64,000 nucleotides of DNA from Phaeosaccion multiseriatum (taxonomy: Eukaryota > Protista > Ochrophyta, other classes): NCBI GenBank assembly GCA_965112735.1, contig OZ218951.1, positions 5,146,001-5,210,000 on the forward strand, in the 5' to 3' direction. The translations under genes were made by a program, and so were the position numbers. Shown piece by piece: positions 1 through 11,513 of the stretch (the first letter of the stretch is position 1; each line of letters opens with the position of its first letter). A model generated the notes under the pieces. It ran no database searches and was not told where the DNA came from. It saw only the letters and a list, made by a program, of their open reading frames with translations.

Positions 1-295
1 ACACAGACAGCAGCAGGAGGACTTGATGGCTGGTGGAGGCGCGGCCGAGCGGCGGAAGGAGCAGCAGCAGCAGCAGCAACAGGAGCAATTGGTGGTACAG
101 CAGCTCGCGGCGGACTGTGAAGACGGCCTTGGCAATGGTGGTGAAGTGTATGAGGATGACGGTTACAGTGACGACGATGGAAGCATAGACAGCCTCGGGG
201 CGGAGTTCGGTAGGAACACGAATCGGGCGGCGCAGGCGAGGCTGAGGAATGAAGACTCCGGATCAGACGGCGACGAGGAGGACGGGGAAGGGTGA
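1..295 (+). CDS. Probable 3' end of a gene starting before the window (poly-Q and acidic low-complexity C-terminus)
   Basis: Open frame to TGA at 293-295 encoding QQQQ and D/E-rich sequence; no recognisable domain. Confidence 0.4.
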   Translation, partial: HRQQQEDLMAGGGAAERRKEQQQQQQQEQLVVQQLAADCEDGLGNGGEVYEDDGYSDDDGSIDSLGAEFGRNTNRAAQARLRNEDSGSDGDEEDGEG

Positions 296-1179
296 GCAAC
301 CAATGGAGCAGGCGTAGTCATTTTGATAGCTTCTGTGGCACACACACACGATCTCATCGTGTCATCATGTGTATTCGGGAGGGCACGTAGTCTATACGTC
401 TATACCTGCCAAGGCACGGTCGATGTCGGAAGGAGGGGTCACTATCATCTGTGTTCTTTTGATCGGCCCTTCATCAGTCTATTGTACACCGGTGGAAAGC
501 AACCAATTCGTGTTGCTCGTTTTTGACGTTTTAATTGTAGACCTTCCTGCTTGAGGAGCTATGTTCGCACCCGTCCCGTTCCATCACTAGGGAACTTTGA
601 ATCGACCCCGGATGCGATCTCTACTGCCGGCCAGCCGGCATGCCATCAGCTATTACCCCAAACCACCCCCCCTCAGCTATTGCGCCTCTGACCACCAGAC
701 ATGACTGAGCTAGCCCCCCAGCTAGTGTATTACCGGCACGCTACCAGCTATTGATGCGTGCCAGCCCATAACGAGCTATCTTTGGGCCCGAAGGGACAAT
801 TGCGCAGCTATCGGCAATGCTCGACGAACCAACCCTGGCCACAGTACGAAGTACCGTGCTCTGCCAAAGAGAGTTTTGGGTGGATTACCAACGCGTGATG
901 TAACACCATCCGCCATAATCCCATAGTCCTGTGCACAAGGACCTCGCTCGAGTAGAGTGAGTGATCTTTGAGGGCCAGGCCACCGCCATTGTGAGGGCCA
1001 GGCCACCGCCAAGCGCCTTGTGCTGGAAGCGCACACGTGCGAGGAAGGAAGCCCTTCCTGCTGCTGAGTGCGTGAGGGACATTCTTTGACTCCTTTTTTT
1101 CAAAAGAAATTAGCTAAAACCATAAGAAAGACGTGGAATTGAAAGAGGGTTGAGCCAAAGCAAACCTGAATTCCATCCC

Positions 1180-2598
1180 TTACTGCCCTCCTCCACCGAC
1201 CCGCATCACCACCCTCCCCGGGTTGTGCTCGTCTTCCCATACTTCGACGCCCGGCCTCTCCTGCAAGTAGGCCAGCACCGCGGGCTTGAGAACGCTGACG
1301 CCGTCCTCACTGCCTCGGCCTCGGCCTGTGATAACTTCGATCTCGCCCTCCACCTTCTCCACTGAGAGCATGTGACGAAGCGCTGCCTTGCTCGTTCCCC
1401 TGGTGAAGTCGTGCAAGTCCACCTCCTGCCCCCCTTTCTTCCAGTGATTCAAGACCCCCTGCGATACGGCCTCTGCGTACAGCCCGTCAGCAGCCTCCTC
1501 GTCGCCACCGTCCTGCAGAGCATCGATGGTGGAGCTGTAGCTGATTTTATCTGGAGCGGGTCCTTCCGCCTTCATCTCCCTCAGTAAGCCCATTGCCTCC
1601 ACGTGTTGGCTGGCTCTGGCGCATGCACTAATGGTGGCATTGTAGCTGATTTCATCTGGAGCGAGTCCTTGTGCCTTCATCTCCCTCAGTAAGCCCATTG
1701 CCTGCACGTTTTGGTTGGCTCTGGCGCATGCACTAATGGTGGCATTGTAGCTGATTTCATCCGGAGCGAGTCCTTCCGCCTCCATCTCCCTCAGTAAACC
1801 CAATGCCTCCACATGTTGGTTGGCTCTGGCGCATGCATTAATGGTGGCATTGTAGCTGATTTCATCCGGAGCGGGTCCTTTCGCCTCCATCTCCCTCAAT
1901 AAACCCAATGCCTCCACATATTGGTTGGCTCTGGCGCATGCATTAATGGTGGCATTGTAGCTGACTCCATCCGGAGCGAGTCCTTGTGCCTTCCTCTCTC
2001 TCAGTACACCCATTGCCTCCACGTGTTGGTTGGCTCTGGCGCATGCATTAATGGTGGCATTGTAGCTGATTTCATCCGGAGCGAGTCCTTCTGCCTTCAT
2101 CTCCCTGAGTAAACCCAAGGCCTCCACGTGTTGGTTGGCTTTGGCGCATGCGTCAATAGTGGAGCTGTAGCTGATTCCATCCGGAGCGGGTCCTTGTGCC
2201 TTCATCTCCCACAGTAAACCCATTGCCTCCACGTGATGGCTGGCCCTGGCGCATGCATTAATGGTGGCGTTGTAGCTGATCACGCCTGGCCTGACGCCTT
2301 CCTTCTTCATCTCTACCAAGAGAGCCAAGGCGCCCTTCCACCACCCGCACTTCCCAATCGCGGTAATAGCAGCACCCATACCCAGATCTTGAATCTCCCT
2401 CATGGGCCGTATCTGCCTCGACTTGTCACTTCCCCCAGTAGAGTAGCAGGACCATTGCTGCGGGAGCTGCTTCTGCTGATGGAGAGTAGAGTCGGCACAC
2501 CTTCCTCCTCCTACTGCTGCTGGTCCTCTTCGATTCCTGCCAATGCAAGAGGAGCAGTAGCCTCTGGCCACCCCCCTCAACGACATTGCTCTCATCAT
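1180..2598 (-). CDS. P-class pentatricopeptide-repeat protein with C-terminal SMR domain (PPR-SMR), probably mitochondrion-targeted; intronless
   Basis: About 9 tandem 35-aa repeats (EISYNATINACARANQHVEALGLLREMxAxGLAPD; 105-bp DNA period), then SMR motifs VDLHDF...VITGRGRGS...LKPAV...NPGRV. Arg/Ser-rich N-terminus lacking acidic residues. Confidence 0.92.
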   Translation of the reverse strand: MMRAMSLRGVARGYCSSCIGRNRRGPAAVGGGRCADSTLHQQKQLPQQWSCYSTGGSDKSRQIRPMREIQDLGMGAAITAIGKCGWWKGALALLVEMKKEGVRPGVISYNATINACARASHHVEAMGLLWEMKAQGPAPDGISYSSTIDACAKANQHVEALGLLREMKAEGLAPDEISYNATINACARANQHVEAMGVLRERKAQGLAPDGVSYNATINACARANQYVEALGLLREMEAKGPAPDEISYNATINACARANQHVEALGLLREMEAEGLAPDEISYNATISACARANQNVQAMGLLREMKAQGLAPDEISYNATISACARASQHVEAMGLLREMKAEGPAPDKISYSSTIDALQDGGDEEAADGLYAEAVSQGVLNHWKKGGQEVDLHDFTRGTSKAALRHMLSVEKVEGEIEVITGRGRGSEDGVSVLKPAVLAYLQERPGVEVWEDEHNPGRVVMRVGGGGQ

Positions 2599-2642
2599 AG
2601 CACTGTTGTGAAAGGGAAGGGGGGATCTTTACTACTGTACAC

Positions 2643-2678
2643 CCACGGCACTTAAGGGTGTACCCTTAAGTGCCATGG
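2643..2678. promoter_or_regulatory. Near-perfect 36-bp palindrome in the PPR-SMR/GCDH divergent intergenic region
   Basis: ggcacttaagggt-gt-acccttaagtgcc (perfect 13-bp arms), extendable to ccac.../...atgg with one mismatch. A T-run follows at about 2699-2714. Confidence 0.6.
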
Positions 2679-2762
2679 TTGTCTAAAAGTAATGGAGATT
2701 TTTTTTTTTTTTTTGTGTGAAGGGGACATTCTTCAAGCCGATCATTTGTACCGATGCATTGA

Positions 2763-3945
2763 ATGCCTTTGCGGAGCATACAAGTGAGTACTGTTTGTTT
2801 CCTTCCTCAGGCTATGTCTTGACGCTCATTCCCTTCTTTCTGCCTCATTTGTCTCATGCTCCCGCACCGACCCCTCTCCACAGCCGATCCTTTCCCGCGT
2901 CCAGAGGCTCAAGCTTCGTCAGCGCTCTCGCTTCTCTCTCAACCAGAGGCTTGTGTGGACACACAGTCGAGAGCAACATGGTGCCTGCCTCGAAGGAGAA
3001 AGGGGCGCCGGGCGAGGAGATGCCCAGGGTAGACCTCCTCCGTGCAGAGTGGTACGGAGGGACTTTTCTTTGTCACAGCCGCGTTTTGCTACTCCTACTT
3101 CCGCTGTAGCCGGAACAGCGGCGGGGACGGCAGCAGCAGCACCACCACCAGAAGGAGAAGGGCCACCACCACCACCAGCAGCAGCAGCAGCAGCAACAGG
3201 AACAACAGCGACGGCCGCTGGTGCGAACCATCATCCGAAGATCGGCAAATTCACATGGGAGGACCCACTCCGGCTCGAAGACTCGCTCACGGAGGACGAG
3301 AGGATGATCAGGGTGAGGCAGGCAGGCTGGATAGCTGGACAGTGCGAAGCGGGGGGAGGGGATGGGGATGAGCGGGGAGGGAGGTCTCAGCGGACAAGGA
3401 GGTGGAAAAGTGAGTGCTCTGTGTTGCACCCCCTCGAAGCGGAGGGGCTTGACTCGCTATTTTGATGCGCTACCTGTATTGAGAGGCTCCTTCCTCCTCC
3501 CTCCTTTCCCCTCTCCCCGTTCTCTTCCCTCCCTCCCCTCCTCCCCCATCCGACCCCCTCCCCTACCCATCGCAACACCAAAAACAACAACAATACGACA
3601 AGGACTCCGCGGAGGCCTATGCCCAAGCGTCTCTCCAACCGCGCATCCTGCAGGGCAACCGCCACGAGACCTTCGACAGGGCCATCCTTCGCGAGATGGG
3701 GCAGCTCGGGCTGCTCGGTATGACGCTCAAGGGCTACGGGTGTGCCGGTGTCGGGTACGTGTAACTGTACAGAGTAAGTGTGATGGTACTGTCTGTCTGT
3801 CTGTCTGTCTCTCTGTCTATCTGTCTGTTTGTCTGTCTGTCAGTCTGTCAGTCAGTCAGTCTGTCTGTTTGTCTGTCTGTCTGTCTCTCTGTCTGTCTCT
3901 GTCTGTCTGTCTCTGTCCGTCAGTCTCTGCCTATCTTTCTTTGTA

Positions 3946-3976
<31 letters not shown>

Positions 3977-6628
3977 CTCTGTCTGCCTGTCTGTCTATCT
4001 ATCTCTCTATCTATCGATCTATCTGTCTATCTATCTATCTGTCTTATCTGCCTCTGTTTCTGTTCCCGGATTCCCTCACCGTCCATGCTCACGGTCTATC
4101 CGCCGAGCTGCCCTGTCATGCTGCCCTCATTTCTTCACGCTTCATCTAAAACAGTACGCCCTTTTTCCCCGTTTGACGTGTGTGTCTCCGCTCCGTTCCT
4201 TCTTCACGGAGCAGGTATGTTTCCTACGGGCTAGTGAGTCGAGCGATCGAGCGCGTGGACAGCAGCTATCGGAGCGCCATGAGTGTGCAGTCCTCTCTCG
4301 TCATGCTGCCTATCCATAACTTCGGCTCAGAGGAGCAGAAACAGAGGTGAGGACTGAAGAAGAAGGAGGAGGAAGAGAGGAGCAGAAACAGATAAGCCAC
4401 ACGGGGGTACAAGCAGTAAGCAGAGGAGAGTGGTGAGAATACGAATACGCATGTACAGAGGAGCAGACGCAGAGGCCGGTGGCGAGTGTGACTGTGTTTG
4501 TGTCAAACGGACAGAGAGAAGAGTTTGCTACCTCCTACCTTTGTTGCGCCTGGGTGACTCGGCCTACGGGCTTTGTGTTGCGGTGCTCTACGGTGCGGAT
4601 GGCAGTGGACGCGATACAATAGGGTAACAGATTCCCAACGCTCGGACTAAAACTATACGATGTACACATGTGCTCCGTTCGTGTTCACCTTTTTCGTCGG
4701 CGACAAAAGGTTCCTCCCAGGCCTGGCCAAGGGCGAGTTGGTGGGCTGCTTTGGGCTCACGGAACCCAACCACGGATCGGACCCCTCGAGGATGGAGACC
4801 CGAGCTTCGAGGCAGAGCGACGGATCCTGGCGGTTGAGCGGCTCCAAGAACTGGATCACCAATAGTCCTATCGCTGACGTGTTCATCATCTGGGCCAAGG
4901 TATGTGTGTATATGCCGCCATGTTGCGGCTTTCGCTCGTTCCGCCCCTTGTTTGACGTTGCATGACATGCTCATGGCCCATCTGGGTCAATGGGGGTATG
5001 TTGTCATTTGTGATCCATTGCAGTACCGCCTACTGAGCGCCTTAACTCCGCCTCTCTGTGTGTTTGTCGATCTCTCGTTGTCCTCTCTCTCTCTCTCTCT
5101 CTCTCTCGCTCGCTCTCTCTCTCTCTCGTTTCCTCTATTTTGTCTCTTCTCTCTCTCCATCTCCGTCACTGCCGCCACGGGACCTCAAGGACGATGAAGG
5201 AGTGGTGCGAGGCTTCATTCTGGAGAAGGGCATGCCAGGCCTCAGCGCCCCCAAGATCGAAGGTACGCAATGCAATGCAATGCAATCAATCCATAGGCAA
5301 GCATACGGGAATTATCCCCTCCCCTCCCCTCGCCTCCCCTCCCCTCTCCTCCCCAACACCCCCCTGCCCTCTCTCCCATTCCCATTCTACTTTCCTCCCT
5401 CCCCTCCCTCCCTCCCTCGCTTCCTTCCTCCCTCCCTCCCTCCCTCCCTCCCTCCCTCCCTCCCTCCCTCCCTCCCTCCCTCCCTCCCTCCCTCCCTCCC
5501 TCCCTCCCTCCTTCCCTCCCTCGCTCGCTCGCTCGCTCCCTCCCTTCCTCCCTCGCAGGCAAGTTCAGCCTGCGTGCCTCCGTGACGGGCATGATTGCGA
5601 TGCAAGACGTGCATGTGCCGCACGCCAACATGCTGCCGCTCGCCAAGGGCATCAAAGCGCCCTTCACGTGCCTCATGAGCGCCAGGTAGAAAGGAAGGGG
5701 AGGGAAGAGGGGAGGGGAGGGGAGGGGAGGGGAAGGGGAGGGGAGGGGAGGGGAGGGGAGGGGAGGGGAGGAGGGGAGGGGAGGGGAGGGGAGGGGGGGA
5801 GGGGAGGGGAGGGAAGAGGGGAGGGGAGGGGAGGGGAGGGAGGGGAGGGGAGGGAAGAGGGGAGGGGAGGAAGAGGGGAGGGAAGAGGGGAGGGGGGGGA
5901 AATGGGGGTGTTGTGCAAGTGCTTGGGTGACGTGTGACGAGTAAAGGAGATTGAAGCCCGAGTCTCTTCTCCTTGGGGATTCAGGGTTGCAATGCAGGAA
6001 TCCCCCCCCCCCTCCATCCCTCCGTCCCTCCCTCCCTCCTCCCACCCCCCTCAACCCCTCCCTCCCCTCCCTTCCCCGGCAGGTACGGCATCTCCTGGGG
6101 TGCTCTTGGAGCGGCAGAGTTTTGTTTTCACACGTCCCGTGCCTATTGCCTCGAGCGCAAGGCCTTCGGACAGCCCCTGGCAGCCACTCAGCTCATTCAG
6201 CTCAAGCTTGCCAACATGTCCACGGACATCGCTATGGGGTATCAGGCATGTTTGCAGGTGAGGGAGAGGGAGAGGGAGAGGGAGAGAAAGAGTGGGGGGG
6301 GGGGCGGTATGTACACACTGCACCCCGTGTTGCATCCACCCCCCCATCCACCCTCTGTCCTGACACCCCCCCCCCCCCCCCAACCACCTCCACCCGCCCA
6401 CCCTCCCCTCTTCCCAGGTGGGTCGTCTGTTCGATGCGGGCAGGGCGGCCCCTGAGATGGTGTCAATGGTGAAGCGCAACAGCTGCGGCAAGGCACTCGA
6501 CATTGCTAGGACCGCAAGGGACATGCTCGGAGGTGAGGGGCAGCAGTTGGTGATACAGGGGCAGGGGCAGCCGTTAGTGATACGCCCGCAGGGGCAGGGG
6601 CAGGGGCAGGGGCAGAGGCAGGGGCGGG

Positions 6629-6669
<41 letters not shown>

Positions 6670-7176
6670 CACTCACTCACTCTCTTAATGAATACCACAT
6701 TCGCACACTTCACGCCGCTTGTACCTGCTTGTCCTGACACTCATACCCATCCTCTTCTTCCACCTTTCTCTGGTTGTCGTGACACTTACGCCTGTCCTGA
6801 CACGCAATGCACACCTCTCCCTCTTCCTTCTTCTTCCTCTCCCTCTGTCTTCTTCTCCTCGTCCTCCTCCTCTCCCCCTCCTCCTCTCCCTCTGTCTTCT
6901 TCTCCTCGTCCTCCTCCTCTCCCCCTCCTCCTCTCCCTCTGTCTTCTTCTCCTCGTCCTCCTCCTCTTTTCTTGTGCCATCTACACCTTCTCCTGTCTGT
7001 CCCCACTTGTGCTACGTGGTACTGAAGGGAACGGCATCAGCGATGAGTATCACGTCATCAGACACTGCATGAACCTCGAGTCTGTCAAGACGTACGAAGG
7101 GACGGACGACATACACGCACTCATCCTGGGGGCGGCCATCACGGGCATACGGGCCTTCCAGCCCACGGGATTGTAG
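2763..7176 (+). CDS. GCDH: Glutaryl-CoA dehydrogenase, mitochondrial (about 10 exons)
   Basis: Spliced exons (approx. 2763-2783, 2884-3311, 3603-3754, 4216-4347, 4710-4899, 5190-5262, 5559-5686, 6083-6257, 6418-6532, 7028-7176) give [108 protein letters not shown]. Arg-rich presequence; first exon less certain. Confidence 0.95.
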
Positions 7177-7606
7177 AGGCAAAGGGGATCTTATATGCAT
7201 GTCGTATCGCAGATTTGTTGAACGGTGTGTAGGGAGCGTGTACAGAAGGGGTGGGGCCCCGGGGCGCATCATTCTTGTCCTATGGTGGCCTATTGAGGCG
7301 TATTGAGGCCTATGGAGGCATTGCTTCCCTTCTTCCTTGTCCTGGAGAGCTGCATGGAGAGTTGGCAATGATGCTACAGCCTCTCCAGGGCGAAGGGAGG
7401 GAGGGAGGGAGGGAGGGAGGGAAGAAGGAAGGAAGGAAGGGTTTGGGTGGTGGGGTCGGTGGGGTGGAGGAAGGTGTATTTGTGTATTTATGTGTATATA
7501 TTTTTCGCGTGGAAATGTAGGTCGAAGGGGGAGGCTGGCTCGGGGGGATGGGGGGGGTGGTGGAGGGTGGAGGGTGGAGGGTGATAAATAGCGAGGACCG
7601 ACGGGA

Positions 7607-7672
7607 CAAGCAGCGGCAAGCAGCGGCAAGCAGCGGCAAGCAGCGGCAAGCAGCGGCAAGAAGCGGCAAGCA
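7607..7672. repeat. 10-bp tandem repeat (caagcagcgg) x~6
   Basis: Directly visible tandem array downstream of GCDH. Confidence 0.85.
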
Positions 7673-7848
7673 GTTCGGGGAAAGGAAGGAAAAGGAAGGA
7701 AGCTGAAACCATGGACTCCGCTATTGGTTGATTGGTTGGTTGGTTGGTTGGTTGGTTGGTTGACAATGATCACCGAGTATCTACTTCTCCTGCCTCTGTT
7801 GGGCCTTCTGTCTCCGAGCGTTGGTCTGAGAGCGACGGGCTCCACACG

Positions 7849-7901
7849 CTCAGTGGTGACTCAGTGGTGACCTATGGTGACTCAGTGGTGACTCAATGGT
7901 G
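7849..7901. repeat. 10-11-bp tandem repeat (ctcagtggtga) x~5 containing TGACTCA
   Basis: ctcagtggtgactcagtggtgacctatggtgactcagtggtgactcaatggtg. Confidence 0.75.
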
Positions 7902-8309
7902 CACGGAGAATAAAAAATCTCTGTCCCTTTGGAAGGAGAAATAGAATGGTTGTAAATGGTCATTGAATAAAGACAGGTGAGTGCTGAAGCGACATGAGTG
8001 TCCCTTCCTCTACCAAAAGAGCATCCTCGGAAAGGAAAGGAGGGTGAAAAAAGAGCCTCACTCACTCACTCAGCCCGCCAAACCTCACCCATCCACTGAC
8101 ACCTAACATTTTTTTTCAATTAAATTCATTTTTTATAATAAATTAAAGAATATGTTGTGCTGATTCGGGAGTACAACACGTAGTAGTGTGGGTAGGTGGG
8201 TAAGTAGGTAGGGAGGGAGAAGGACGGACCCGACGGACCGTACAGACAGACAGGCACAGCAGGAAGTCAAAGGGCGATAACTCACTGGTCCCAAAGCGCT
8301 TGCCCCTGT

Positions 8310-8363
<54 letters not shown>

Positions 8364-8645
8364 GTCGGGTGGCAACCAGTCACCAGCACCCCTCTCATGT
8401 CGCCGAAGCTGCGGATTGGGCAGCCAGGCATCGCGCACTGAGCACAGGGCATGGGGTACATTCACGTCCATCCCTCGCCCGTTCGTCGCTCAACCCTCCA
8501 GTAGTCAGACATGTCGTCAGCTCCCGGGGAAGAAGATCTGTGCTGTCCGTCGCTCGCCCGGCCAAACGGTCGGTCGGTCGAGGGAGGGAGGGAGGGAGGG
8601 AGGGGAGCTGCTGCCAAATGAAGAAGCGTATCACCAACGCTCCCG

Positions 8646-9066
8646 TCACGTCGCACCCACTGGCCCTTGTCCCCCAAGCCTGAGCCCCCCCCCTCCCGCT
8701 CCTCCTCCTCCCTGACTTGAAAACTCGGCCGCCCCTCCAACTCCACCTCCCCTCTCCCCGCTGCTGCTCCACGCTCGCCTCTCCCCTCCTGCTACTCCTG
8801 CTGCTGTATCACCAACTTCTACCGCTGCTGCCTCTATTTGCTGTGTCATGACTTGCTGCGCTGGTGGCTGGTTGAACACCTTACTCAGCGTCGCCTTGAA
8901 ACAGTCAATGTTGTAATCTGTAACCGCCTTTTTGAAGTTGTCCGCTCTCAATAGACACACCAGTGCGAGGAAGCTGTTCACTTCCCTCAGGTAAAGAATC
9001 ATGCCATTGTCCAGCCGAATGACACTCGCGCTCTCCGAGTCGTACGCTAACCCGTCGTTCTCTTCC

Positions 9067-9098
<32 letters not shown>

Positions 9099-9437
9099 TC
9101 CTCCTCCTCCTCCTCCTCCATTCGCATCGTCTTTAACAACGTAGATACACGACACATCGATCACCACGTCGATCATGTCACTGCACAGCTCGTAGCTCAA
9201 CATGTCCACGGGGTTGCTGTCAGTGGCGAGGTAGATGCGACTCACAACGTCAAAGAGGAAGGCTTTCTCCATGTTGCAATTGGAGATAAGATTGTTGAGG
9301 AGGTTCTCCAGGGTTGGTAGCTGGGGAACCAACTTCTGTACCACCTGTGCGGAAGTGTGTGAAAGTGTGTGGAAATCGGGGTGTCGTGAAATACGTGTAT
9401 ATATGAGAGAGAGAGAGAGGGACAAAGAGCGACACAG

Positions 9438-9468
<31 letters not shown>

Positions 9469-11343
9469 GAGAAGAGAAGAAGAAAAGAGAGGGAGAGTGG
9501 TGCGAGGTGCGGCTCCGGCTGGGAATTCAGCAAAACCTTCTGATGAGGGGAAAGCAAACTTCAACAGCGACAGCCCTTCTTCTTGCTTCCCCCTCCCCTC
9601 TGTGGAGCTTACAAGTGCCAGCACCCAAGGTCCAGTCCATGTCAGAATGGCTGGCTCTGATATGCACTGGACCATGGGTGGCATTTTCTAAGCTCACACC
9701 CCTCGCTCCCTTTCCTCCCTTGCCTACACTCAACCCAACCCTCCCCTCCGTACCTTGCTGAAGGCCTCGAAGATGGAATGATCGTAGATGGAGGTGAGAT
9801 AGTAAGAGAGGTTAACGTCGATGTTGGCGTCGTTAAGCTCCTCCGTAATGTATTGTTGGATGTCCCGCTGGCAGTCAATCTTGTGCTCGTCTGAGAGGAA
9901 AAGGTCTCCGTCCACCTGAATCGTAATCACAAGGGTGTATACAGAGAGAGAGAGATACATGGGAACGATATACACATGTCAAGGAAGAAGGAAGGTCAGA
10001 GCCCAGAGCAAACCCCATCAAGGGGAAGGGACGCGGCAGAGCACAGAGGAAAGCAATGAAGGAAGAGGGGAGAGGAGGAGAGGGAAGGGGAGGGTAGGGG
10101 GTAGGGTAGGGTAGGGTAGGGTAGGGTAGGGTAGGGAGGGGTAGGGTAGGGGACGGGAGGGCTGGGAGGAGGTATGTATTCTGAAACGGACCTTATGAAT
10201 GAACACCTCGAAGATGATGCTGGGGTTCATTTCGTGCGCCCTTCGAATCGTCTCCGCGAGGCGAGACACCGCGTCCTGTGTGTGTGCGTGTGTGTGTGTC
10301 CATTCGTGTGTGTGCGTGTGTGTGCGTGTGTGTGCGTGTGTGTGCGGGTATGTGTGTGTGTGTCCATTCGTGTGTGTGCGTGTGTGTGTGCAGGAGGGCG
10401 GAGAGTAGAAGCGGGGAAGCAGGAGAAGGGGGGGAGCACGACTTAGAACAGAGGGTGGGGGAGAGAAAGGAGCAATGCTTGCATTAGGGGGGGGGGGCTC
10501 CTCCTCCTGCTCCTCCTCCTCCTCCTCCTCCTCCTCCTCCTCTTCTTCTTCTTCTTCTTCCTCTTCTCTCCTTCTCCCCACCTGATAAGGTTCATCCTGA
10601 GCATCAATGACCAAAACGAGTGCCGCACTAGCACCGAAGATCATCTCCTCTGAGATTGGCTGCCCTCCATAAACGAGAGTGTCTCCTCGATAGTCAAAGT
10701 CACCGGGGAAGTCCCAGATCTGAAACTGCACGAAGGCGTTGTTGGCAACGTATCTGAGGAGGAGGAGCATAAAAGGTAAGTGACGCAACGAGTGACACGA
10801 GGAAGACGGGGTCTGCGGAACATCAAGAACGTCCCGCAGCAGAAACCACACGGAGGTGTTCCTCTCTCGCTCTCTTACTTGATGTCGAGGCTATTGGTGC
10901 TCTCCAGAAACAGCGTCTCGTGCGGCGAGGTCTTGTAGAAGACCACTCGCTGGATAGAGGTCTTTCCAGACCTTTTATATGGGGCAGCAGAAGGGAGGGA
11001 GTAAAGAAAAGCAGCAGCAAGGGTCGAGGGTTGGGGATGTGGGTTTGAGGGCGCTGTAGGGTGCGGAACGGCCCGCCAATGAGCAACAAGCAAAGAGCCA
11101 GGGGCGCTGACAGCGCGAGCGAGGGATGCACCACCAAGCAGGTAGAGTGCTGGAGGCAGAAACGAAGAAGGCAGCACCAAACGAGAGCACGAAGAATATC
11201 ATATCCTCTCCCCCCTTTGCTTTCTTTTCCCGCTTGCTCTGTTGGACCTACCGCCTCGGCCCCATGAGGAGGATCCTGGGCTTGAGGGCCACTCTCTCCG
11301 GCAGCATATCCCCCCCCCCCGCATCTCCGCTCGCTCCTTGCAT
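8646..11343 (-). CDS. RRAGC: Rag GTPase RagC/RagD (Gtr2) orthologue
   Basis: Exons give [11 protein letters not shown]|[49 protein letters not shown]|[20 protein letters not shown]|[39 protein letters not shown] (G-domain plus roadblock domain). Confidence 0.95.
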
Positions 11344-11513
11344 TCCACACGCCAAGTCCTTGCTTGATGGAGTCCGCTTTCCGCGATTTATCAGTCCGCG
11401 AGGTGCGCTTACGCCTGGGCCTTTATTGACTTCAGCTCTTCTACTGTCAATGGCCCAGACCTAAGCATTTTGGGAGGAGCGGCTCCCTCCCACTTTAGAC
11501 GCCCTCTCTGGAA

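Noticed and set aside
557-812. AGCTA repeat-spacer pattern as CRISPR
   Set aside because: Repeat only 5-8 bp, irregular spacing, eukaryotic context; kept only as an unexplained motif array.
2978-3078. Alternative GCDH start MVPASKEK with a 50-nt intron
   Set aside because: Possible, but the 2763 start has a stronger donor (gtgagt) and yields an Arg-rich mitochondrial presequence.
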